The notes beneath the pieces are model-generated. The model made no database searches. It was not told the origin of the DNA and was given only the letters and a program-made list of their open reading frames with translations. A program made the translations under genes and the position numbers. Positions 43,285 through 53,291 of a stretch of DNA of 64,000 nucleotides are shown here, in pieces. The DNA lies in the NCBI GenBank assembly GCA_016699975.1, contig CP064994.1, forward strand, positions 981,874-1,045,873, read 5' to 3'. Numbering within the stretch: position 1 is the first letter of the stretch; each line of letters starts with the position of its first letter. The stretch comes from Candidatus Moraniibacteriota bacterium. Lineage in GTDB: Bacteria; Patescibacteriota; Minisyncoccia; Moranbacterales; UBA1568.

Positions 43285-45053
43285 TCAAGCTGCTTTTTGC
43301 GTCGGCGATTTGTCTCGGCGATCGAGCGCTCGAGTGAACCCGTTACCGCGTCCGCATACAGTGTGACGCGTCCCGACACATTTCGCGCGGCGCGACCAAT
43401 TGTCTGAATAAGCGAGGTTTCTGAGCGCAAAAATCCTTCTTTGTCAGCATCGAGAATACCGATAAAAGTGACTTCCGGAAGATCGAGTCCTTCGCGCAAG
43501 AGGTTCACGCCAACCAAACAGTCGAAGTCACCCTTTCGGAAATTCGTCAGAATGCGAATGCGATCGATAGTTTTGATATCGCTGTGAAGATATTCTGCCC
43601 GCACGTTTTTTTCTTTGAGAAATGCCGCGAGATCTTCGGCCATTTTTTTCGTGAGGGTCGTCGCAATAACACGATTTCCCTTCGCTACTTCTGTTTCCGC
43701 TTCGCGAATAAAATCGCGAACTTGTCCGGGGTACTCGCCGCTTGAGCGGACGGGACGGACCGTGAGCACGGGATCAAGAAGGCCGGTCGGACGAATCACC
43801 TGCTCCACTATCCGCGCGCTCGTCGTCCGCTCTTCTTCGCCCGGCGTCGCCGACGTAAAAATAATTTGTCCCACGCGCTCACGAAACTCTTCGGCGCGAA
43901 GTGGACGGTTGTCGAGTGCCGAGGGAAGACGGAATCCGTGTTCGACAAGCGTTCGCTTTCGAGATTGGTCGCCCGCATACATCCCACGAAGCTGCGGGAG
44001 CGTCACGTGCGACTCATCGATAATCGTAAGAAAGTCAGGCTTTCCCTGCGCTGTTTTAGGAAAATACGAGAGGAGCGTTTCGGGAGGTTCGCCAGGCGCT
44101 TTCCCCGAGAGGTGACGCGAATAATTTTCGATACCGTTCGTGTAGCCGATCTCTTCAATCATGGAAAGATCATGTTTCGTTCGACGTTTGAGACGATCCG
44201 CCTCGAGAATTTTTCCTTCCGCATGAAGCACTTCGAGTCGTTCCTCGAGTTCAAGCCGAATAGAGTGGAGCGCGCGCTCCCGATCTTCATCGCTCGTCAC
44301 AAAGTGCTTTGCGGGAAAAAGAAAGAAAGCCGCTCTCTCTTCGAGCACCGTTTGCGATACGGGATCAATTTTTTTCATTCCGACAATCCGATCTCCTTCG
44401 AGCTCGATCGCCAGAATATTTTTTTCTTGAACGGGCATGACTTCGACACGATTCCCCATCGCGCGAAATGTGCCTGGCGTGAGGTCGAGAGTGGTACGCT
44501 CGAAAAACCGATCGACGAGTGCATGCAACAATTCCGAACGCGAGAGCGCCATCCCCGTTTCAAGACGCATGTTTTCTCGCTCGTATTCTTCCGGCGATCC
44601 CAACCCGTAAATACACGAGACCGATGCCACGATAATCGTATCGCGACGCGTGAGGAGCGCCTGTGTCGAGGCGTGCCGAAGCCGCTCGATTTCCACATTA
44701 ACCGCGGCATCCTTTTCGATATAGGTGTCGCTTGCTGGAATGTAGGCTTCGGGCTGATAAAAATCGTAGTACGAGACAAAATAGTGCACCGCCGCATCCG
44801 GAAAAAAATCCTGATACTCCTGCGCAAGCTGTGCGGCGAGCGTTTTGTTGTGAGCGATAACGAGTGTGGGCTTCCCCCACCGCGCAATCACATTCGCCGC
44901 GGTAAATGTTTTCCCGGAGCCCGTGACACCAAGGAGCGTCTCGCGCATTTCTCCGTTCGTCAGTCCTCGAAGAAGCGCCTCAATCGCCCCCGGCTGATCT
45001 CCGGCCGGCTCGTATGGCGCCTTCAGATGAAATCGGTTGTTTCCTCTTGACAT
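42993..45053 (-). CDS. uvrB: Excinuclease ABC subunit B
   Basis: GVTGSGKTFTAANVIA, helicase motifs, C-terminal UVR domain. Confidence 0.9.
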   Translation of the reverse strand: MSRGNNRFHLKAPYEPAGDQPGAIEALLRGLTNGEMRETLLGVTGSGKTFTAANVIARWGKPTLVIAHNKTLAAQLAQEYQDFFPDAAVHYFVSYYDFYQPEAYIPASDTYIEKDAAVNVEIERLRHASTQALLTRRDTIIVASVSCIYGLGSPEEYERENMRLETGMALSRSELLHALVDRFFERTTLDLTPGTFRAMGNRVEVMPVQEKNILAIELEGDRIVGMKKIDPVSQTVLEERAAFFLFPAKHFVTSDEDRERALHSIRLELEERLEVLHAEGKILEADRLKRRTKHDLSMIEEIGYTNGIENYSRHLSGKAPGEPPETLLSYFPKTAQGKPDFLTIIDESHVTLPQLRGMYAGDQSRKRTLVEHGFRLPSALDNRPLRAEEFRERVGQIIFTSATPGEEERTTSARIVEQVIRPTGLLDPVLTVRPVRSSGEYPGQVRDFIREAETEVAKGNRVIATTLTKKMAEDLAAFLKEKNVRAEYLHSDIKTIDRIRILTNFRKGDFDCLVGVNLLREGLDLPEVTFIGILDADKEGFLRSETSLIQTIGRAARNVSGRVTLYADAVTGSLERSIAETNRRRKKQLDYNEAHGITPETIRKEIRDITDRMESEHDRTVRADLALDANVFGKDREALLRRKEREMKEAVKVLDFETAAILRDEIRELGKGKESKRRRGISQSKA

Positions 45054-45121
45054 AAATTATATTTCTTGCTACTTTAGCAGGAAATTTGTTTTTTTACAAC
45101 CAGAAGCAAAGGAGAGATCTA

Positions 45122-45508
45122 ATGAACCGAGAAACCGCATTGCGTTTATTAAAAACCGGTAAGCTATCCCTTGAGCAGATGATGGAGGTTGGAACAATTG
45201 CCAAGGATCTTCTGGTTTGGAAGAACATTGGAGATCAGATTTATTGGGATAAACTCTCCTTCCAGGATAGGTTAAAAATTGGAAATACTGCTCGTAATAA
45301 CAGTATTTGGTGTGCAATTGTAAAAAGTAAGGGACTCTCCTTCGAAGAGATGCTCTCGATTGGAAAGATTGCTCAGAGCAACGATATTTGGTTAACAATT
45401 TTAGAAAATGAGGAACTCTCTATCGACAACCTATTTACAATTGGAAGAATTAACGAAAGTGATGAAATTTGGCTCAAGATTGCAGAAATAATCGAGGCAA
45501 AACAGTAA
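45122..45508 (+). CDS. Small repeat protein (three ~36-aa LS.E.M..G.IA...IW repeats), AT-rich
   Basis: AGGAG 7 nt upstream; followed by the terminator at 45522. Confidence 0.35.
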   Translation: MNRETALRLLKTGKLSLEQMMEVGTIAKDLLVWKNIGDQIYWDKLSFQDRLKIGNTARNNSIWCAIVKSKGLSFEEMLSIGKIAQSNDIWLTILENEELSIDNLFTIGRINESDEIWLKIAEIIEAKQ

Positions 45509-45521
45509 GTTAAGTATAGTC

Positions 45522-45556
45522 TCCCGGCACGCCCACAAAGCGTGCCGATTTTTCCT
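45522..45556 (+). terminator. Intrinsic terminator ccggcacgc-ccacaaa-gcgtgccg plus T5; copy 1 of a repeated element
   Basis: Perfect stem; a near-identical copy lies at 45907-45940. Confidence 0.55.
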
Positions 45557-45605
45557 TCCATATCACCACCCACTCATATCACAGCAAAACATGAGGAAGT
45601 ATGCC

Positions 45606-45881
45606 ATGAGAAACCTTAGTCTCGAAATTCTTGAAGTCCTCCGCGATACGCAAGAGCTAAACCTTAGTTCTTACGAAATAGCCAGAGAGCTTGCCTCAGA
45701 CAAACAAAAAACTATAAACACACTGAAAACGCTCGCGGAACTTGGCCTGGTATATCGAGTAAGAGAGAATACAAAAGGAACAAATCGGCACGAAAGTACA
45801 GACTGTGCACGCCGATTCCTCTATACCATCAGTCAAAATGGTAGAAATTTTTTATCCCAACCAAGGAGAAATAACCCATAA
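45606..45881 (+). CDS. Small winged-helix DNA-binding protein (MarR/ArsR-like)
   Basis: LEILEVLRDTQELNLSSYEIARELASDKQKTINTLKTLAELGLVYR HTH-wing pattern; GAGGAAG SD. Confidence 0.4.
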   Translation: MRNLSLEILEVLRDTQELNLSSYEIARELASDKQKTINTLKTLAELGLVYRVRENTKGTNRHESTDCARRFLYTISQNGRNFLSQPRRNNP

Positions 45882-45906
45882 TAATTAGCAGAAATAATTC
45901 AACCTC

Positions 45907-45940
45907 CCGGCACGCCCACAAAGCGCGCCGGTTTTTCTTT
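45907..45940 (+). terminator. Intrinsic terminator; copy 2 of the repeated element
   Basis: cccggcacgcccacaaagcgcgccgg plus tttttcttttt. Confidence 0.5.
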
Positions 45941-46148
45941 TTATCTTTTCCAAGATATTCTTCTTTTTCCACTCTCCGAATTTTGGTTTTCAAATTTCTG
46001 ACACTTCTTTCTCTTTCGCTCTTTTTCCTTCCTTGCTAGAGTACTCAGGTCGGTTCCCATTTCCGAAAGAGCCCAGCAAACGCGCTTCCTCTTCCTCCCT
46101 CTGCCAAAGGCAGACTAAATAATATTTTCGCTCTTCTCTTCTTTCCCT

Positions 46149-47303
46149 ATGCGCCTCTCGTACTCTTCCCTGGGCACCTACCAAACGTGCCCCCTCAAAT
46201 ATAAATTTAAGGAAATCGATCACCTCAAGGAGCCAAAGTCCAAAGAGGCGGTTTTCGGCACGCTCATCCACTCGACCCTCAAATTTCTGCACGAGCCTTC
46301 GCTCATTCCGCCAACGCTTGAAGACGCACTTCAGCACTTCTCGACCGGCTGGAATGATGCGGTTTACGACGATCCGAACGAGGAGCGCGCGGCTTTTTCG
46401 GCAGGCATCGATATGATTCGTCGCTACCGCGAAAAAAATGATCCGAAAGATACGACAATCATCGCCCTCGAAAGCCCTTTTCAAATAGAAATAGCTGATG
46501 CTTCCGGAAGGACACATGTCATAAAGGGTATTATCGACAGAATCGACAAAACATCGGACGGCTATGAAATTATCGACTACAAAACCGGCCGCAAAATGCC
46601 CTCGCAGGCGGATGTAGATGCAAATCTGCAACTCTCTGTCTACGCGAAAGCCTTCCTCGCGCGCTACCCCAAAGAAGCACAGCGGCTAGAACACCTCACT
46701 GTGAGTTTGTACTTCTTGAAACACGGAGTAAAACTTTCTTCCTCACGAACCGCGAAAGATTTGCAAAGAGTGGATGATCTCTTTCTTGAGACGATCGAAG
46801 AAATCGAAGCGGGCCATTTCGAGCCGCGCGTCAATCCGCTCTGCGACTGGTGCGGATTTCAAAAAATGTGCCCCATGTGGAAACATAAATTCCGCGACCG
46901 CCTCCCAGGAACAAACGAGGAAAAAGAACGAGCGGTCAGGGAATACCTCGACTCGAAACGAACGATCGAACTCGAGAAACTTCGCCTCATGAAACTTCAG
47001 GAAACAATTTTCGAATACATGGATGCCGAGGACGTCGAGCGCCTCTTTGGTCCTTCGGGCATTCTCGAGCGGACCCGCACCAAAAAATACGATTACGATC
47101 CCGAGAAGCTCCGCAACTTTCTGGAACCCCTCGGAAAGTGGGGAGATGTTCTTGCCATAAACCAAACACTCGTGAAAAAAACCCTCGCAACTCTTCCTTC
47201 TCACACGAGGAAGGTCGTAGAATCGGAGGCGAAAATTCCGGGAAAAGAAACGGTGACGCTTCGCGTCAAGAAAACACTTGCTGAGAAAGAAGAATCTCTC
47301 TAA
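46149..47303 (+). CDS. PD-(D/E)XK nuclease superfamily protein, Cas4/RecB-like with Fe-S cysteines
   Basis: N-terminal LSYSSLGTYQTCPLKYKF, IDYKTG motif, C-terminal CDWCGFQKMCP. Confidence 0.55.
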   Translation: MRLSYSSLGTYQTCPLKYKFKEIDHLKEPKSKEAVFGTLIHSTLKFLHEPSLIPPTLEDALQHFSTGWNDAVYDDPNEERAAFSAGIDMIRRYREKNDPKDTTIIALESPFQIEIADASGRTHVIKGIIDRIDKTSDGYEIIDYKTGRKMPSQADVDANLQLSVYAKAFLARYPKEAQRLEHLTVSLYFLKHGVKLSSSRTAKDLQRVDDLFLETIEEIEAGHFEPRVNPLCDWCGFQKMCPMWKHKFRDRLPGTNEEKERAVREYLDSKRTIELEKLRLMKLQETIFEYMDAEDVERLFGPSGILERTRTKKYDYDPEKLRNFLEPLGKWGDVLAINQTLVKKTLATLPSHTRKVVESEAKIPGKETVTLRVKKTLAEKEESL

Positions 47304-47477
47304 TGCAGAGAAAAATTCTTCGAAAAGAAAATCTCGAAGAAAAAACAACAAGAGCGCCTGTTCGGCGCCCTTCTTTTTGTCTGTCCTTTTTTGGAACGGT
47401 TCCGCAACAATTCTTTTCTTTGCAGCGGATCACTTTTCTTGTCCTCGAAACAATTGGGAGATAAGGAGGTGGACACT

Positions 47478-49994
47478 TTAGAAACCCCGCTCAATCCCTT
47501 CGGCAAGCTTGGTGCGCTCCATGATTTCACGATGCACAATATCGACATCGCGACCAAACCGAAGCCGCGAGAGCTCACGAAGATGAAGGGCTAATTCTTC
47601 GTCGCCCGATGTCGGCGGGGAGACAAGGAGATTAAACGGCTTCGACGATTGACTGTTGATGAGGAGTCGCACAAATGCCTTTCGGTTGTCCACATTGACT
47701 AAGTCTCGCGCGGTAAAGATCGGTTCGAATTGCTTCTCCAAAAATTCCGCATCTTCCGGCCCCACGCGAAATGCCACAAGCGACCCCACGTTCCCAAAGA
47801 CCGCCTTCGAAATATTCTCGGAGAGTTGCCCGATAAACTGGTGCGCAATAATAAGATTCAAGCGATATTTTCGCGCCTCCGAGAGAATCTGCGCAATCGA
47901 ATCAGTCGTCACATTTTGAAATTCATCAATGTAAAACGAAAAGTCACGGCGCGACTCCTCCTTCATGTCGGCGCGAGCAAGCGCTGCCATCAGTATTTTT
48001 CCCGCAACGATCATCCCAAGAAGATGGCTGTTCGTCTCACCGAGCTTTCCTTTGGAGAGATTAATGAGGAGAATTTTTCCTTCATCCATGATCATGCGGA
48101 AATCAATCGTGCTCTTTTGCTGTGCGATGATAGGACGCATCATATCGTTTGCAACAAACGGTGTAAGTTTCGACGTGATGTAGGGCACCATGTTGGCAAG
48201 CGCCGCTTCGCCGCCCGCTTTCTCCGCCTCTTTCACCCAAAAATCATAGACAATGGGGTTCTTGCACCGCTCGAGTTTCATGCGACGAAAGTCGGGATCA
48301 GCGAGCACCTTCGGGATTTCCATGAGCGTCGATCCACTTGCCGGATCCTCCATGATGAGGAGCATCGCATTTCGCATATACTGCTCGAACATCGGACCGC
48401 CCGTTTGCTTGAGATCGTAGAGCTTGTCGAAAATATTGATCATCTCGTTAATCACGAACGTTTTTTCCTCGGGGCGCGAAAATTCGAGCATGTTGAGCCC
48501 AAACGGCCGTTCGACATCCGACGGATCGAAGTAAACGATATCTTCGGCACGCTCCTTCGGCACCGCGGCGAGAATGTCCGAGACCGCATCACCGTGTGGG
48601 TCGATAAAACAAAGACCGCGTCCCGCACGCACATCTTGTTTCGCCATCTCCTGAAGAAAGACTGATTTTCCGACCCCCGTTTGTCCGATGACATAAAGAT
48701 GTCGACGACGATCGTCTTCGGCGAGACGAATGTCTGTTTTCATGCCGCGATAATCGTTGTAGCCCAACAGGATCCCTTCTTTTGGGATATCAGGCGGGGG
48801 CGGCGCCGCGCCCGCTTTCTGCCATTTTATGTTCGGCGTCTCGGTGGTTGAAATCGGAAAGTGAAAGAGACTCGCGATTTCTTCGACACCCAGAATAAAC
48901 GCGCTCTCCTCTCGAAACGAACGAAAAATATAATCGAAGATTACGGGCTTGCTTGACCGGCCGCGGGCGCGGCGCGTCCGGAACACATTTGCTTCCGGAT
49001 ACTCGAATTGCGCAAACGCATTTTCCATTTGCGCAAGTATTTGTCCGGCGCGCTCCTCGGTCGGCGCGGCAGCAAGAAGGCGCACGTTCACGTGAAACGC
49101 CGCCTTCGATACTTTGCGTTCAATCGCCTTCACGAGCTCTTGTTCCTCCGGCGTAAGCTGCACATGTTTTTTCTCTTCGGGCAATTCGTTCGACTTTCCG
49201 CTCCACGTCGAAATCGAAAGAAGCGAGGAAAGTGCTGAGCCGAGAAAATGAAGAAACGGCGATTCGTGATACACATCGGAGAGACGCTTCCCCTGCTGCA
49301 TCTCTCGCGCGATTCGTCGCCCTTCCGTGCGCCACGACGTTCCTGCAGGAGAGAGCACGATCTGTAGCGCGGCGCCTTCCCCCTCTTTCGAGAGTTTGCT
49401 CAAAGAATTGGAAATCTCATTGAGCGGATCTACATCCAAAGATTCGTAGGTGCGAATAGGAAGCGCGGTGCCGCGAGAGAGCGTCATGGTCGAGACCGCC
49501 GAAAAACCATTTGGGGAAAAGATAGTATAGTCTTTCACTTTCTCGATAGTTGCCGTTGGATAGAAACTGTGCACTTGCTTTTCGACACTCTCGCGAAATT
49601 TTTTCGGCATCGAAAGAAAAAACGTCATCTCTTCTTCCCCCTCCGGATTTGCAAGTTCAAAGACGAGCGCCGGCGGCCCATAGAAGAATTTTTTTATATT
49701 GCCAACGATGTCGATTCCGTGTTTCGCGCCGCGAAAAGACTGGAGCGACACAAGAAGTTGCTCCATCGCGCCAATTTTCTCCTTCCAGAGATCAGGGCGC
49801 GGCGCCTCGCCTTTTCGCTCAAGTGGCTTCGAAACACGGACGATCTCAAGATCCATGTTGAGCGAATGGTTGATGCGTCCGCGAAAAAAGAAGAAGAGGC
49901 GCACCAAAAGAAGCGCTCCCGTCGCCACGACTCCAATACCCAAAATTCCGAGTATCGGAAGAAAAATCGAATTGAGATCGAATGCGGATTCCAC
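47478..49994 (-). CDS. VirB4/TraC-like (FtsK-HerA superfamily) membrane-anchored ATPase, T4SS/conjugation-type
   Basis: N-terminal TM; Walker A YVIGQTGVGKS at ~aa 445; CFIDPHGD; Walker B FYIDEFQNV; LIIAHQFIGQL. Confidence 0.5.
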   Translation of the reverse strand: MESAFDLNSIFLPILGILGIGVVATGALLLVRLFFFFRGRINHSLNMDLEIVRVSKPLERKGEAPRPDLWKEKIGAMEQLLVSLQSFRGAKHGIDIVGNIKKFFYGPPALVFELANPEGEEEMTFFLSMPKKFRESVEKQVHSFYPTATIEKVKDYTIFSPNGFSAVSTMTLSRGTALPIRTYESLDVDPLNEISNSLSKLSKEGEGAALQIVLSPAGTSWRTEGRRIAREMQQGKRLSDVYHESPFLHFLGSALSSLLSISTWSGKSNELPEEKKHVQLTPEEQELVKAIERKVSKAAFHVNVRLLAAAPTEERAGQILAQMENAFAQFEYPEANVFRTRRARGRSSKPVIFDYIFRSFREESAFILGVEEIASLFHFPISTTETPNIKWQKAGAAPPPPDIPKEGILLGYNDYRGMKTDIRLAEDDRRRHLYVIGQTGVGKSVFLQEMAKQDVRAGRGLCFIDPHGDAVSDILAAVPKERAEDIVYFDPSDVERPFGLNMLEFSRPEEKTFVINEMINIFDKLYDLKQTGGPMFEQYMRNAMLLIMEDPASGSTLMEIPKVLADPDFRRMKLERCKNPIVYDFWVKEAEKAGGEAALANMVPYITSKLTPFVANDMMRPIIAQQKSTIDFRMIMDEGKILLINLSKGKLGETNSHLLGMIVAGKILMAALARADMKEESRRDFSFYIDEFQNVTTDSIAQILSEARKYRLNLIIAHQFIGQLSENISKAVFGNVGSLVAFRVGPEDAEFLEKQFEPIFTARDLVNVDNRKAFVRLLINSQSSKPFNLLVSPPTSGDEELALHLRELSRLRFGRDVDIVHREIMERTKLAEGIERGF

Positions 49995-50005
49995 AACGAC
50001 AAAAA

Positions 50006-50443
50006 CTAATCTTCAGAAAGCAAGCCTCGTTTTTTCAATTCCTCGGAAAGTTCATCGGCAAGCCGGTCATGTGTGCGGTCCAGTGTATACGCGTCGATAT
50101 GGCGGGCGACCGATACCGCATGAGGCACTCCTTTCACCAGAGCAAGGTCCAGCAATTTTTGTACCCGGCTCTCCGAATCCTGGACCGAAGCAATAGCACT
50201 CGCATCGAAAGAAATGGCGCGATCATCATCCGCTCCAGCTGATGTGGGCGGCGCGCTCGATGTCCATGAACGCACCGTCTCGAGCAATCGTTCGTAGAGA
50301 GAAGCGTGCTTTGCTTCGATTGGTTCGAAGCGTATTTCGGATTCCTTCCCTTCACCAGAGGTATCTGGGGATTGATCAAGTCCTTTTTCATTTCCTCTTT
50401 CCTTTCTTTCAGAGAGCGTCTCAAATCTTTCTTCGTTTGGCAT
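50006..50443 (-). CDS. Acidic hypothetical protein (145 aa), co-oriented with the ATPase
   Basis: ORF 12 nt upstream of the ATPase start. Confidence 0.3.
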   Translation of the reverse strand: MPNEERFETLSERKERGNEKGLDQSPDTSGEGKESEIRFEPIEAKHASLYERLLETVRSWTSSAPPTSAGADDDRAISFDASAIASVQDSESRVQKLLDLALVKGVPHAVSVARHIDAYTLDRTHDRLADELSEELKKRGLLSED

Positions 50444-50465
50444 ATGGGACAGCTTTTACGGATTA

Positions 50466-52949
50466 TCACCTCCCCGCTCCCTGCACCTGCCACAAGAAGG
50501 AGGAACAGGAAGTATCCCGACACCCACACTTCCAGGCACCGTTTTGTACAGAGCAGGTCATCCCGACAAAGGTAACGGGTGTCTGGGCACTCGTTGTATC
50601 AATATTCGCATGAGTCACCGTGGCAGAGGTGGATCCCTGGCACCAGTTTCCATTCTGTGTGCCACTACAAGCCCCGGTGTACTCAACCCAGCTACTGGTT
50701 CCAGGATTGTACCAATACCCCTTTGTGTACGAGACTCGTGTTTGATTTCCAGGAATCCCTATCGTTGCCTTCAGGGTATGGATGTCACTTGCAGTACACT
50801 CTGCGGCAACAAGAGGCGTATTTGAAAGAAAGAGGTCAAAGGGACTGCCATAGCCTCCGGGGAGAGAAGAAGAAGGAGTGAGAGTCGAGCAGGAAGAGAA
50901 GGTGGGGGTGGAAGAAAGAACCGAAAAAGAAACCGTGAAGTCAGTGGTGTTTGCATTGCCTGCCGTATCCTGACAGCGGATGTGATAGGTGTAGCTTTGT
51001 CCATTACTGAGACCCGAAATGGTTTGTGAGTGGCTGGTGCTGTTTGTGGTTGTGAAGGTGTTCGGGAGAGACGCGTAGGCTTGATCGGTGGTGCCGTACT
51101 TACAGGTTGCGGTTTCATTGGTGGTAAGCGTCATCGTGGTACTTGTGGTTCCAGCGGTGAGGCTTCCTGAGGGAGCGGGGTTGGAGCGAGTCGGCACTGT
51201 TGCGTCAATGGTAAACGTGTCTGTTGCTGCATTGGCATTTGTGACGACATTGCCGGAGCTATCTGTTGCTCGGACATACATGGTATGGGAGCCGTCAGTG
51301 AGGGCGGTATTCATGGTACAGGTAAAGGCTTCCGTTCCTGCATTAAAGGTGTCGTCATTGGGAGTACAGGCATTCCAGGTGCCTGCGGTGCTGTCCATCT
51401 GGTACTGGACAGAAGAGATGGTACTCCCCGCGTCCGTTGCGGAGCCTGTGAGCGCCGGGGTGTTGTCTGTGTTGGGATCAGGAGAGAGTGCGGTCAGGGT
51501 GAGGACAGGAGCCGTCGTATCTGCCGGGTTCGCTACTGAAAAAGAAACCGTGAAGTCAGTGGTGTTTGCATTGCCTGCCGTATCCTGACAGCGGATGTGA
51601 TAGGTGTAGCTTTGTCCATTACTGAGACCCGAAATGGTTTGTGAGTGGCTGGTGCTGTTTGTGGTTGTGAAGGTGTTCGGGAGAGACGCGTAGGCTTGAT
51701 CGGTGGTGCCATACTTACAGGTTGCGGTTTCATTGGTAGTAAGCGTCATCGTGGTACTTGTGGTTCCAGCGGTGAGGCTTCCTGAGGGAGCGGGGTTGGA
51801 GCGAACGGGAGGGGTGGTGTCGGAAGAGGAGGCACCTATGGTAACGGGGTAGCCAGAAGCATTCGGAGTGCCGGAAGCATCGATGACGTAGAGGTAGGCT
51901 GGTCCCGCCGAGAGGTGTCCGGGACGGACCGTGGCAGAGACACTCCCCGTAGCCCAAGCAGTAGGAATTTGAATTTCGCAGGCATTTCGACCACTCCAAG
52001 TCGCGCCGTCGCAGAGCTCCACTCGCTGCGGAGTACTGTCCATATAGATTTCATCGATATCGATAGTGGCAGGGTCATTCGCACAAAAGTCATAGTAGGC
52101 GCCTCCCATAGTAAACATCGAAATATCTTCTGCGCTTGTACGCATCACTTTGTTACGAAGGAGGATTTCTTCTTTCTGCTTGAGTACCGGGCGGTAAAAC
52201 ACACCATCCCACTGGCCATTGGCAACGCCCGGAGCAGATTGAACAAGATAATTTTCGAGACGATCCCATTCATTTTCAGTATCTCTTCCTCCATGACTGA
52301 AATATTCATCCGGAGGCGACTGACTCACATGGAGACGCCAGTTGGCGCTCGGTTCGCAAGAACTATTGTAGGCACTCGAGAAATAGAAGCGGTCACTCCA
52401 ATCACTCGTGTAGCCGATCAGCGCCTTTGATTGTCGGGGCCAGGTAGTTCCAAGTCGCTTCATTCTCCAGTAAAAAGAAATGTACAATTTTGATCCAGTC
52501 ACATACTGAGTATACGGAACAGCAAGATTGAGTCCCCAATACGTGTTATCGGTAAATGAGGCTCGCGCATGATTGCTCGAACCGGGAAGAGGAGAACTAT
52601 TGTTGAAGACGATCGACTTTGAACTGTAGGCACCGCCCCCATCCATGCTCCAGGAATTGTAGGAAGAAAGATTCCCTTGGTGAATAAGAGGAGTGGTGCC
52701 TCCCGACCAGTTTGCCACCACTCCCCCATTTGAAACGGTGTCGAACGTATCCCACAACATCGGTCCCGCATGAGCCTTCGTGTTAAAACCGCTTCCCGAA
52801 ACAGTAATAGTATTTCCGGAAGAAACTGTTCCCGAGACCGAAGAAATGGAAGGCGCGGCAAGGGTCCCTTGAGCCACGAAGAAACTTCCCGCAAGAAATA
52901 AAACTCCCGCGAATACCTTCGCGGAAATGATATGCCGATGTGATCGCAT
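50466..52949 (-). CDS. Secreted surface protein: signal peptide, jelly-roll/lectin-like N-domain, two near-identical FN3/Ig-like repeats, C-terminal Cys-rich domain
   Basis: Signal peptide MRSHRHIISAKVFAGVLFLAGSFFVAQG; the 90-aa unit PxRSNPAPSGSLTAGTTSTTMTLTTNETATCKYGTTDQAYASLPNTF...YTYHIRCQDTAGNANTTDFTVSFSV occurs twice. Confidence 0.55.
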   Translation of the reverse strand: MRSHRHIISAKVFAGVLFLAGSFFVAQGTLAAPSISSVSGTVSSGNTITVSGSGFNTKAHAGPMLWDTFDTVSNGGVVANWSGGTTPLIHQGNLSSYNSWSMDGGGAYSSKSIVFNNSSPLPGSSNHARASFTDNTYWGLNLAVPYTQYVTGSKLYISFYWRMKRLGTTWPRQSKALIGYTSDWSDRFYFSSAYNSSCEPSANWRLHVSQSPPDEYFSHGGRDTENEWDRLENYLVQSAPGVANGQWDGVFYRPVLKQKEEILLRNKVMRTSAEDISMFTMGGAYYDFCANDPATIDIDEIYMDSTPQRVELCDGATWSGRNACEIQIPTAWATGSVSATVRPGHLSAGPAYLYVIDASGTPNASGYPVTIGASSSDTTPPVRSNPAPSGSLTAGTTSTTMTLTTNETATCKYGTTDQAYASLPNTFTTTNSTSHSQTISGLSNGQSYTYHIRCQDTAGNANTTDFTVSFSVANPADTTAPVLTLTALSPDPNTDNTPALTGSATDAGSTISSVQYQMDSTAGTWNACTPNDDTFNAGTEAFTCTMNTALTDGSHTMYVRATDSSGNVVTNANAATDTFTIDATVPTRSNPAPSGSLTAGTTSTTMTLTTNETATCKYGTTDQAYASLPNTFTTTNSTSHSQTISGLSNGQSYTYHIRCQDTAGNANTTDFTVSFSVLSSTPTFSSCSTLTPSSSLPGGYGSPFDLFLSNTPLVAAECTASDIHTLKATIGIPGNQTRVSYTKGYWYNPGTSSWVEYTGACSGTQNGNWCQGSTSATVTHANIDTTSAQTPVTFVGMTCSVQNGAWKCGCRDTSCSSFLWQVQGAGR
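50922..51806. repeat. Intragenic ~265-bp near-perfect direct duplication (50922-51190 and 51541-51806)
   Basis: Only 2-3 mismatches between the copies (for example gccgtactt versus gccatactt). Confidence 0.75.
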
Positions 52950-53291
52950 AAATGAAGCGGTTCAAAATAATTAATTGAAATTGTCTCTCTCAGTATACTT
53001 GAGAGTACGGCAGAAAAGAAATCATTTTTCAAAAAAGTCAAAGCGCATCCTTTCTTTTCGAAGCTTGGCACTCCATTGTAATCATGCCCGAATATTCGCA
53101 CAGCTGCTTCCCCGCCGAAATGAAACTCCTCTCAGCCCAGCTTATTCTCCAGAATTTTTGGCGGCGATGTTCTCATAGACAAAATTGGATCTGCTGCACG
53201 ACTCGCTTCAGAGCGGCGCCAAGACCTGCGAGGCTCGCCATACAGTAAGAACTGCCATGCGAAAACACGAACACAAGAAAACATTGATTGC

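Noticed and set aside
45990-46631. 213-aa minus-strand ORF
   Set aside because: Antisense to the PD-(D/E)XK nuclease gene, which has clear motifs in the + frame.
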